32,000 nucleotides of DNA from Candidatus Fokinia solitaria (GCF_003072485.1 NZ_CP025989.1:330001-362000), one strand, 5' to 3'. Shown: positions 9,839 through 18,534, numbered from the stretch's first letter. A program made the numbers and translations. The notes: generated by a model not told the origin, from the sequence alone.

Positions 9839-10113
9839 AAAATGTCATACTGCACCTTTATAATTTGCCTCTTTTTTATTGAAGCGCACATCCTTTAGCA
9901 TAGTGACGAAAGCCTGTTTTCTTGAGAAGAGTAAAGTGTTTTTAATTGTCTAGCATAGCCTATTATTTTACATCAATTGTATTAGTATGAAGTGTTTTAC
10001 AGTAGTAAAAATATAGAAGTCGATTTTTTTACAGAATTGATACAAAAGCAGTTGCGTTTAAACTGTATGCAAGGTATTGTCGAGTAGTGATTTTGGCAAC
10101 GGATTGAATAAAA

Positions 10114-11148
10114 GTGGAAATGACTGATGGAGAAATAAAGACATTTGATGAGGCTATAACAATGGCTGGTGACAAAAAACATCTATTGTTAGGAAATGGC
10201 TTTAGCATTGAGTATGATGCAGAAATATTTTCATATGATAAAATCTGTGAATGTATTAATAAAAATGAGAAATTATTAGAAATTACTAAGAAATTAAATA
10301 CTACTAATATCGAGGAGATCATGAGAATCCTTGATAGATGTATTGATGTCATAACGATTATTAAACCTCAAGAAAAGGATAAGAAGGATGATCCAATCTG
10401 TGAAGAATTGAAGAAGATAAAAGATGAATTTAAGAGCGCTTTAGTTACTGCTATATTGAAACTTCATCCTCAAAATTATGATAAGAGATCAAGGCAATTG
10501 AAGTTAGATTGTGAAAGATTTCTTGCTAATTTCGATAGCATATATACTTTAAATTTTGATTTACTGTCATATTGGGCAATGCCTTTTCAAAAGTTTAAAG
10601 ATGGTTTTGTTGGTAAAGGGGAGGAACGGCTTTACTTTGCTTATTGGTGCGGGTGCAACATGAGATTTTTACATGGAGCGCTGCATTTGTTTCACGATAA
10701 AGTCGGTACATATAAAATAAGACGTTCAAATGACACTCCAGACTATTTACTTATGCAGATTGCGCGGCAGATAGAAGATGGAAATTTTCCGATATGTGTT
10801 ATAGATGGTTCTGCAGAGGGTAAAAGGAATGCGATTTATAAAAACGATTATCTAAGAACATCATATGAAAATTTAAGGAATCTTTCCGGCTCACTATTCA
10901 TATACGGATGCTCTTTAAGCCCGAACGATGATCATATTCTAGAGGCAATTGGTCAGAGTAATGTAGATAAAATTTTTATCAGCTTATTCGGTACTGCTAC
11001 AGCGGAAGGTTATGATGGAGCGATACGTAAAATCAAGGAAGTAAGGAAAGCAAAGCAAGAGCAGATGAAAGAGGAGAATAATCAGCAAAAAGAGCCGGAA
11101 TTTTACTTCTTCTCTGCGAAAAGTGCTAACGTTTGGGGTAAAAAATAA
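10114..11148 (+). CDS. DUF4917 / SIR2-like family protein
   Basis: 344 aa; KHLLLGNGFSIEYDA (SIR2-like GNG[FA]S motif), DSIYTLNFDLLSYWA, FLHGALHLF, LSGSLFIYGCSLSPNDDHILEAIGQS. Confidence 0.75.
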   Translation: MEMTDGEIKTFDEAITMAGDKKHLLLGNGFSIEYDAEIFSYDKICECINKNEKLLEITKKLNTTNIEEIMRILDRCIDVITIIKPQEKDKKDDPICEELKKIKDEFKSALVTAILKLHPQNYDKRSRQLKLDCERFLANFDSIYTLNFDLLSYWAMPFQKFKDGFVGKGEERLYFAYWCGCNMRFLHGALHLFHDKVGTYKIRRSNDTPDYLLMQIARQIEDGNFPICVIDGSAEGKRNAIYKNDYLRTSYENLRNLSGSLFIYGCSLSPNDDHILEAIGQSNVDKIFISLFGTATAEGYDGAIRKIKEVRKAKQEQMKEENNQQKEPEFYFFSAKSANVWGKK

Positions 11149-11163
11149 TGTAAATGCGTGATT

Positions 11164-11445
11164 ATGAAGATAGAGATGATACCGGTAAGATCGAGCAATC
11201 TAAAAGAGATTGGATATGATCATAAGAATGAGCTTTTGATAATTATCTTTCACAAAGGCGATGCTTATCGTTATACCAATGTACCTTATGATACTTATAC
11301 GCAATTAATGAAAGGTGATCCTGATAATAACTCCATTGGCAAGTATTTTTGTGCGCATATTAGAACAAATCCTCAGTATCGATATAGCAAATTAAGAGAG
11401 AAGAGTTTCAAGGATCATGATGGAAAAAAATTCTATGTAGAGTAA
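11164..11445 (+). CDS. KTSC domain-containing small protein
   Basis: Track gives 11158 (GTG); ATG at 11164 is also possible. RSSNLKEIGYDHKNELLIIIFHKGDAYRYTNVPYDTYTQLMKGDPDNNSIGKYFCAHIRTNPQYRYSKL matches the SSN..IGYD...L.V.F..G..Y.Y..VP...Y..L......G.YF...I KTSC pattern. Confidence 0.75.
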   Translation: MKIEMIPVRSSNLKEIGYDHKNELLIIIFHKGDAYRYTNVPYDTYTQLMKGDPDNNSIGKYFCAHIRTNPQYRYSKLREKSFKDHDGKKFYVE

Positions 11446-11525
11446 GAAGGCAAAGGTAATATAAAAGTTGAAAGAGTTTTTATTAATTTAAGTCTATACT
11501 GAATATTTATTAAATAAAATAGTAC

Positions 11526-13850
11526 ATGAAGCTCGATGTTACGCTAAAGCATTGTTATGGCATACAAAATTTGGAGAAAAAATTTGACTTTTCACAGTGC
11601 AGAACAGTTGTCATATACGCCTCCAACGCAGTTATGAAGACTTCTTTTGCTAGAACATTTTTGCAATTACAAGAAGAAAAAAGGCCTTCAGAAGAGATAT
11701 ATGGCTTAGAATCCGAATTTAATATTAAATTAAATGACAATGATATTAAAAGTAGCGATATCTTTGTTATTAAAACTTATAGAGAGAAATATGAATCTGA
11801 GAATATATCAAAATTACTTGTTGATGAAAAACGACAAAAAGAATACGAGGAAATATGGCAGAGCATTGCAAAAAATCAGACGTCACTAATGGTTGCTCTA
11901 AATAAATCTTCAGGCATAGAAAAGAGTAGATTAGAAAAAACGATACTATCTGATTTTAAAGATGATAGCGGTAATTTTCTTAAGTTCTTAGAGGGCATTA
12001 AGATTGACGAAATTACTGACAGCGACTGCAACTACGTTGATGTTAAATATTCTCTCATTTTCAATCAAAAAGTTGAGGAATTATTAAAAAATAAAGATGT
12101 TACTGATAATATAGAACGTTACACAAAGCAATACAATGAGCTATTAGACAAGTCACCATACTTTGATAGAACAAAGTTTAATCCATCGAAAGCAGATAGT
12201 GTACTTAAAACACTTGAAAAACAAAAATTCTTTGCTTCAGGGCATAAAGTAAAATTAAAGGGTAAAAAAATTCTGCTAGATAAAGTAGAGCTGCAGAAAG
12301 TGCTCGATGAAGCGAAAAAAGCAATTTTACAGGACTCAGAGTTAAAAAGAATACAAAATCTGATTACAGAAGGACAAGATGTAAAAGACTTCCAAGATTT
12401 ATTGGAAGAAACGCCTGAGATAATTAATGAATTATCTGATTTATCTTCTTTTAGAGAGAAGCTTTGGAAATCATATTTCAAAAAGGACGAGGAAAAATTC
12501 AGAAAATTAGTGGAAGAGTATCAGCAAAATAGAGAGAACTTAACACATATTGAGGATGCTGCTTCAAAGCAACTAACAACATGGAGTAAGGTTGTGGATA
12601 TTTTTCGAGAAAGATTTAAGGTGCCATTTGAATTAGAGATCAAAAATAAAAAGAGCGCAATCTTAGGAAGAGAGAAGCCGCATATTGCATTTATATTTAA
12701 AGATAAAAACGGACTGTCTAAGGAACTTAATAGAGATACACTTGAAGGTGCGAGTACTTTAAGTCAAGGTGAAAAAAGAGCGTTGTATTTATTGCAAATA
12801 ATTTTTGAAATAGAAAATAGAAAGCAGAGTAATACAAGAACGTTATTCATCATCGATGATATTGCTGATTCTTTTGATTATCAAAATAAGTATGCCATTA
12901 TAGAATACTTAAAAGAATTACATACAGAAGAGAATAATTTCTATCAAATCATTTTAACGCATAATTTTGATTTTTTTAGAACAGCTCAAGAAAGAATTTT
13001 AACAGATGAGAATAAAAGAACGCACTCTTTTATAGCGCAAAAGAATGATGATAGCATTTCACTTTTTGAAGCTGGTCACAGATATATTGTCAGTCCTTTT
13101 TCTTACTGGAAAACGCAGTTAAAAGGGGAAATAGGTGAGCGTGAGAGACATAAAATTCTAATAGCAATGATACCATTCATGCGAGAATTGCTGCATTATA
13201 TCAGCGCAGAGAAAGAACGTAACAGCGCTTCAACCGATAAAAAAGAGGAACGTAACGGCACTTCAACTGGTGAAAAGAAAGATTGTAATAGCGCTTCAAT
13301 CGATAAAAAAGAGGAACGTAACGACACTTCAACCGATAAAAAAGAAGAATATTGCCGCACTTTAACTGCTCTACTACATGTGAAGTCTGAGACAAAAAAT
13401 CTTAAATTTTGCGATTTAAATGATATATATAAAGATCTGTTCGATATAGCTTTAACCAAAGAAGATAAAGATATTTGTATATTTGACGCATTGTGTGCTG
13501 CTGCTGATGATATTAGCGAGAGAGAAAATGATAGCGCTTTAAATCTTGAAAATAAAATTATACTCTCAATTGCTGCAAGATTGATGGCAGAATATTATAT
13601 GGAATCTCGTGACATATCACTGAAAGATAAGATAGGACAGACGTTTAATCGTTTTAAGAAAAAGTATGAAAAAGATGAAGCGACTCCATTCCTTGAAAGG
13701 GTTGTAATTATGACGCCAGAAAACATACATTTAAACTCTTTTATGTATGAGCCAATTCTTGATATGTCTGAACAACATTTAAAAAAGTTGTATAAGGATG
13801 TACGCGAATTGTATAAATCAATTTCGAGTACACCTGCTACAACATTTTGA
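11526..13850 (+). CDS. AAA family (AAA_13 / PrrC-RloC-like ABC-type) ATPase with C-terminal accessory region
   Basis: 774 aa; N-terminal degenerate Walker A VVIYASNAVMKTSFARTF, coiled-coil-like middle, ABC signature TLSQGEKRALYLLQIIFE, Walker B TLFIIDDIADSFDYQNK, H-loop QIILTHNFDFFRT. Confidence 0.8.
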   Translation: MKLDVTLKHCYGIQNLEKKFDFSQCRTVVIYASNAVMKTSFARTFLQLQEEKRPSEEIYGLESEFNIKLNDNDIKSSDIFVIKTYREKYESENISKLLVDEKRQKEYEEIWQSIAKNQTSLMVALNKSSGIEKSRLEKTILSDFKDDSGNFLKFLEGIKIDEITDSDCNYVDVKYSLIFNQKVEELLKNKDVTDNIERYTKQYNELLDKSPYFDRTKFNPSKADSVLKTLEKQKFFASGHKVKLKGKKILLDKVELQKVLDEAKKAILQDSELKRIQNLITEGQDVKDFQDLLEETPEIINELSDLSSFREKLWKSYFKKDEEKFRKLVEEYQQNRENLTHIEDAASKQLTTWSKVVDIFRERFKVPFELEIKNKKSAILGREKPHIAFIFKDKNGLSKELNRDTLEGASTLSQGEKRALYLLQIIFEIENRKQSNTRTLFIIDDIADSFDYQNKYAIIEYLKELHTEENNFYQIILTHNFDFFRTAQERILTDENKRTHSFIAQKNDDSISLFEAGHRYIVSPFSYWKTQLKGEIGERERHKILIAMIPFMRELLHYISAEKERNSASTDKKEERNGTSTGEKKDCNSASIDKKEERNDTSTDKKEEYCRTLTALLHVKSETKNLKFCDLNDIYKDLFDIALTKEDKDICIFDALCAAADDISERENDSALNLENKIILSIAARLMAEYYMESRDISLKDKIGQTFNRFKKKYEKDEATPFLERVVIMTPENIHLNSFMYEPILDMSEQHLKKLYKDVRELYKSISSTPATTF
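13206..13370 (+). repeat. 33-bp in-frame tandem repeats (4 full plus 1 partial unit) inside the ATPase gene
   Basis: Units at 13206, 13239, 13272, 13305 and 13338 (partial) encode AEKERNSASTD / KKEERNGTSTG / EKKDCNSASID / KKEERNDTSTD / KKEEYCRT. Confidence 0.95.
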
Positions 13851-13864
13851 AAGAAATTGCCTTT

Positions 13865-14413
13865 TTAAAAAGTATCATCTAGTCTTTTACTGAGAGCTAT
13901 AATATGCTCCGGTCTCCTATGATGTTCGCACATAAAAATATAAATATCCTTTAATAGATTTTCGCACATTTGAACGAGATCTTTTGTCCAAAGTGCTCGT
14001 TCGTATGGTGGTGCGCTCTTTTCCTGATTTTGAATGTGAATTCTATTACGAATTTCAGCAACTTTATAGATGCGCTCGTGTACTTCAGGTATGCTTAACA
14101 AGTCATACTTTTTACAGATATCACTGAAATTTTTTAATTTATTTGGAAGACTGATATCGCGTATTTTGCTGAGTGCTTTTGGCTCAAGAGTAATATTCAT
14201 GAATTCGTGTCGGTGCTTTGCAACCCTACATAAAAAATCATATAAACAACATTCAATAATGCTACTTATAATCAAGAAGATTGGCTTATAATATAAGGGT
14301 TTCTTCTCATTTATCATCGAAGTTACTATTTGCAAGTTATGATTGACATTATTTTTTCTATTAAAGTCCCAGAAAAACGTACTTGAATGCTCTTTGAGTT
14401 CAGATATTTTCAT
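13865..14413 (-). CDS. HEPN-like (Swt1/MAE_28990-type) predicted RNase or partner protein
   Basis: 182 aa, mostly helical-looking; KVAEIRNRIHIQNQ (R122-N-R-I-H126) near the C-terminal part; IIECCLYDFLC helix. Family assignment tentative. Confidence 0.5.
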   Translation of the reverse strand: MKISELKEHSSTFFWDFNRKNNVNHNLQIVTSMINEKKPLYYKPIFLIISSIIECCLYDFLCRVAKHRHEFMNITLEPKALSKIRDISLPNKLKNFSDICKKYDLLSIPEVHERIYKVAEIRNRIHIQNQEKSAPPYERALWTKDLVQMCENLLKDIYIFMCEHHRRPEHIIALSKRLDDTF

Positions 14414-14751
14414 AAAATCTTACAGTCGTGCTTTTTTATCAAATATGATCATGTATAATGACAATTCGAAAAGTATTCAATAGCGTCTAAGATACTCTTT
14501 TTATTAAAAATTCGTACTCTATACTTTAACTTTCTGTTTTTTATACAAATCTATAAAATATTCATCATAGAAAAAATCTATAATATATATCTTCACGTGA
14601 AGTATGCGCATCTCCGAAATTAAGGAGAAGACTTTAGACAATGAAATGATACTCTTAAAGATAGGCAGAGTATTAGATTGATGTTACGATAGAGTAAAAA
14701 TTAGCGTCTCAAAGAACATTCACGACGCAAAAGACGAGAGAGATCGTATGC

Positions 14752-14841
14752 TGGCGGAGAAAGAGGGATTCGAACCCTCGATACGGTCACCCGTATACTT
14801 TCTTAGCAGGAAAGCGCCTTCGACCACTCGGCCATTTCTCC
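14752..14841 (-). tRNA. tRNA-Ser(GCU), CCA encoded
   Basis: Reverse strand: GGAGAAATGGCCGAGTGGTCGAAGGCGCTTTCCTGCTAAGAAAGTATACGGGTGACCGTATCGAGGGTTCGAATCCCTCTTTCTCCGCCA; 7-bp acceptor stem, CTTTC/GAAAG anticodon stem with GCT anticodon, long variable arm, T-loop GGTTCGAATCC. Confidence 0.97.
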
Positions 14842-15159
14842 GTCACACCATATAATCGGCGATGAGCGACGAAAAAGCAATAACTTTAATGCTGAAAAGC
14901 GTATCGAGAAGAGGCGAGTTACACGTCACCACTTTTTATTACTTTTTCTGTTGAAATTATCATTTTGTCGCACATTGTATTTGCAGTACAAAGCGCTGAT
15001 GCGTCACAGTGTAATTCTTCGCTTTATGTAAGATGGTGTCATTCTTCGTCGATACAGAGCAGTATAGTGCCGCTTATGCGGAAGATATTTGTGCGGCATT
15101 TGTGCGGTATTTATATCTTTTTCTTTCTTATACATCGCGATCTTTCTTCTTTCTTATAT

Positions 15160-15506
15160 ATCGAAATACTTACACATCGTAATCTTCTTTCTTACTTATA
15201 TGCTATAATCTTTCTTTTTCTCGAAGCAAAGAGGTAGATGCAGAAGATCGAAATACTTACACATCGTAATCTTCTTTCTTACTTATATGCCATAATCTTT
15301 CTTTTTTCTCGAAGCAAAGAGGTAGATGCAGAAGATCGAAATACTTACACATCGTAATCTTCTTTCTTACTTATATGCTACAATCTTTCTTTTTCTCGAA
15401 GCAAAGAGGTAGATGCAGAAGATCGAAATACTTACACATCGTAATCTTCTTTCTTACTTATATGCTATAATCTTTCTTTTTCTCGAAGCAAAGAGGTAGA
15501 TGCAGC
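15160..15506. repeat. noncoding tandem array, 87/88-bp period, about 4 copies
   Basis: ATCGAAATACTTACACATCGTAATCTTCTTTCTTACTTATATGCTATAATCTTTCTTTTTCTCGAAGCAAAGAGGTAGATGCAGAAG starts at 15160, 15247, 15335 and 15422; copies differ by a few substitutions (ctata/ccata/ctaca) and a T-run length change. Confidence 0.95.
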
Positions 15507-15997
15507 AGAAGGTAGTTTCTTCATTAGAGAAGTATGCAAACGAGATACTAGCACTGATCTTTCTTCTGACTATATTTTTCAAAGCGAATGAAAGGATAGT
15601 TTGCAATGAATGCAAATCCTCGTACTTCATAGCCAAGACTACGACGATATTCAGCCGGCAGCAATGTCAAAATCTCACCAAGAAATGCCAAGTTATTGTA
15701 TATAATACCGTTAAAGTTTCTCTTTTTTTGATTAGCTTCTTACTTTTTACTATCCTCAACAACTTTTCTCAGTATTTCAGCATTTGAGTTAATTGTACTC
15801 TCGAAAAGCCTAATCTCTTCAGCTAGAGCCATTTATTGAGCAATTTTTATCCTTCTCAGTATCTTTGTGTGAAACTCATCAACTTCTTTTGCTACTCTAT
15901 TTTAATACCGTAATTTGCACTATTGACACTATTTCTTCATCTTTCAAGAAAGTACCAAAACCACTATAAGAGCGATTAACTTTTTATGTGTGAGCTA

Positions 15998-16408
15998 TCA
16001 TACAGCAAAAGACTCGCCACATCCGCATTTAGCCTTTGCATTTGGATTAAGAAACACAAAACCGCTTCTGATTTTTTCATCCTTATAATCGAGAGTTGTG
16101 CCTATAATATACAGTATTGCTTTTTTGTCTATTAATAGCTTGATATCTCCGAATTCGACAACTTCATATGTAGTGGATGAGTCAGAATATACATAATCGA
16201 AAGTATATGAAAGACCTGTACAGCCTCCTTTTTTTACTCCTATTGCGAGACCTATGGCATCCTGCTTGTTAGATAGTAAGGAGCGCACTCTACCAGCTGC
16301 GCTATCTGTGATATTGATGATAGATTTCCTTGTGCTTGATGGTAAATTGTCATTTTTCGCTACTTCAGAATTAGAAGTGACATTTTGAGAGCAGCAAGAA
16401 GTTTTCAT
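15998..16408 (-). CDS. iron-sulfur cluster assembly/insertion protein (IscA/ErpA, HesB family)
   Basis: 136 aa; GVKKGGCTGLSYTFDY and C-terminal NPNAKAKCGCGESFAV. Confidence 0.88.
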   Translation of the reverse strand: MKTSCCSQNVTSNSEVAKNDNLPSSTRKSIINITDSAAGRVRSLLSNKQDAIGLAIGVKKGGCTGLSYTFDYVYSDSSTTYEVVEFGDIKLLIDKKAILYIIGTTLDYKDEKIRSGFVFLNPNAKAKCGCGESFAV

Positions 16409-16569
16409 ATTACACTCTAAAAGTACGATGCGGACATGATATCAGATAACAAAACTGAAACAAGTAGTATCTCGTGTGCATAAGATATTTTGAACGCGCG
16501 TTTATCAAATATTGTAGAAGAGGGATGTACATAATGGAAGTGCATTTCATCGCTATTTTATTGAGTACT

Positions 16570-18534
16570 TCAATATGTTGTATAGTTCTTTATACCGTAC
16601 TTCTGACGTAAATGCGCTAAATACTCATAGTATATGATTGAATCGTACATATGTTTTACTTTGCTATAAAATTCACTTGTTTGAATCAAATTGTATGATT
16701 GTATCGAGGGATATCGTATACTCTCTAAGCTTGCAAAGCATATTTCATTTTCTGCACATAAGACCAATTTTGTGACAGGTTCAGGTACGGATAAATGCTG
16801 TAAACTTTCAACTATTGTATTATCGATGTTAGTTTGATTATCTAATTTATCTATTATAATTTTCTGCTTTGTAATGCTACTCTTGATATCACTTTGCTGA
16901 AGACACTTTGAGTGAATTTCTTGTATTGTAGCACTACTGCTGTTTAGTCGTTTCTGATAGTACAGATTTGAGATATTTCCTTGTATACAAGCATGGAAGG
17001 GAGAAATTTTTTCAATGCCGAATGCGAGTCTTTTATATTTTCGTATTATCTTATCTGCAATCTTCTTAATTTCCTCAAATGAAAGGCGTTTTGCGCGCAT
17101 GATATCGGAGACTCGAATAACATATATTGTTTTATGCGCATCGTCATTAACGATTTCTATAATATCGACAGCTTTATTGTTTTTCAGCTGAAATGCAGCA
17201 TCTGCAACTTCTTGATCTGTGACTAATTGATATGTTTTTACAGCATTAAAGTTTTGAATTTCTGACAGCAACACCTCTTCTACGATTTTATTTGGTGTTT
17301 TTTGCGTTAAAACGTCAAATTTGATTTGCTTATTATATCTTTTAGAAATGGATGTTAGATCTGAAAGCTGCGAATTTTCTAATTCTTCAGATATTTTGTC
17401 AATTGCTATCAATTGTTTATTTTTGCGTATTGCCTCAGCTGCTTTTGTAATAACGGCAGGAGAATTAATATCTTCATATTGAGCTTGATATATTTTTTGA
17501 ATAAGGAAAATATGCCATCCTATAGGCGTGGAGAATGGTCCTATATACTCATTAACGCTAGAAGAAAAAAGCTTTTCATTTAATATTTGATATTGTTCAA
17601 ATGTCTCTTTATTGACCTTTTCAAGTAGAGGCGCTGCATCAAGTAATAGAGATGCAGTATATTTCTTCTTTAATTCAGCGATAGATATTGCAGGCTTGAG
17701 ACGTATATCATCATATGCTTTGAGAGCGCTATCGTAATCTTTAAAAACTATCTGCGCGATATCTCTTTTTTCCGCGACGAAAAACATCTCTTTATTCTGA
17801 TTATAAAACTCCTCTATTTCCGCATGTGTTATTTTATCAGTAGGTATCTCGGACGATTCTATCAAAATATACTCTACTTTTCTCCTTTCTGGTATATTGG
17901 TATCAACTTTCATCTCATTGATGAATTTCGCTATCTCTTCTTCTGTTATCTGAATTTCTGGAATCTTATATTTGTATAACTGTATCGTTTTTGTATTTAC
18001 TAATGCAGGTGTCAACATATCAACAGTTTCCTGTGGCACTATCGTATATTCAAAGAAACGTAAAAGCTGCTTTTTCAATATTTCGTTCTTCATTTTATCA
18101 ATGAATTTTTCTTCGGGAATATTGTACTGCTTTAAAGTTTCTTTGTATTTTAGTACGTTAAATTTACCCTCTTCGGTGAAATCTTTAATCTTGCTAAGCT
18201 CTTTTTTTAGCATTTTATCCGACACTACAAGTCCAATTTGATTTGCTTCTTCGGAAAGCATCGTTTCCTCTATCAGTGTTTTTATAGTCATTACTCTAAT
18301 AGTTTCCGCAGGATATCCAAGCATTTTATCTGCAAGTTTATGCATTGCAATTTTGATATCTTGCTCAGTAATTACAGCGTTGCCTACTTTTATAGTGGTA
18401 CTTTTACTACTTTTTAAGTGACTGATTATTAGATCTCCTGCACACATTGAGATTACTCCAAGTAAAAGAAAGATTTGTAATATCGATTTATTGGATATAC
18501 GCTTAAACATTGTTTTACTGTTACCGTTATGCAT
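16570..18534 (-). CDS. peptidylprolyl isomerase, PpiD/SurA-type
   Basis: 654 aa; N-terminal TM segment (ILQIFLLLGVISMCAGDLII), SurA_N-like region (AVITEQDIKIAMHKLADKMLGYPAETIRVMTIKTLIEETMLSEEANQIGLVVSD), parvulin-like EYIGPFSTPIGWHIFLIQKI. Confidence 0.75.
   Translation of the reverse strand: MHNGNSKTMFKRISNKSILQIFLLLGVISMCAGDLIISHLKSSKSTTIKVGNAVITEQDIKIAMHKLADKMLGYPAETIRVMTIKTLIEETMLSEEANQIGLVVSDKMLKKELSKIKDFTEEGKFNVLKYKETLKQYNIPEEKFIDKMKNEILKKQLLRFFEYTIVPQETVDMLTPALVNTKTIQLYKYKIPEIQITEEEIAKFINEMKVDTNIPERRKVEYILIESSEIPTDKITHAEIEEFYNQNKEMFFVAEKRDIAQIVFKDYDSALKAYDDIRLKPAISIAELKKKYTASLLLDAAPLLEKVNKETFEQYQILNEKLFSSSVNEYIGPFSTPIGWHIFLIQKIYQAQYEDINSPAVITKAAEAIRKNKQLIAIDKISEELENSQLSDLTSISKRYNKQIKFDVLTQKTPNKIVEEVLLSEIQNFNAVKTYQLVTDQEVADAAFQLKNNKAVDIIEIVNDDAHKTIYVIRVSDIMRAKRLSFEEIKKIADKIIRKYKRLAFGIEKISPFHACIQGNISNLYYQKRLNSSSATIQEIHSKCLQQSDIKSSITKQKIIIDKLDNQTNIDNTIVESLQHLSVPEPVTKLVLCAENEICFASLESIRYPSIQSYNLIQTSEFYSKVKHMYDSIIYYEYLAHLRQKYGIKNYTTY

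Noticed and set aside
13206-13370. 33-bp periodic repeats as CRISPR repeats
   Set aside because: They are adjacent, in frame, without spacers, and translate into a continuous linker of the ATPase.
13196-13459. Antisense ORFs (13196-13459, 13201-13395) rich in repeated SLSVEVPLRSSF
   Set aside because: They mirror the tandem repeat in the opposite strand of a well-supported ATPase gene; no independent coding evidence.
14965-15237. Plus-strand ORF of 90 aa upstream of the tandem array
   Set aside because: Its C-terminal half is translation of the start of the 87-bp tandem array; the frame is not maintained through later copies (stop present).
15160-15506. Regular repeats as a possible CRISPR array
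   Set aside because: Units are contiguous 87-bp copies with no unique spacers and no cas genes nearby; simple tandem duplication explains them.
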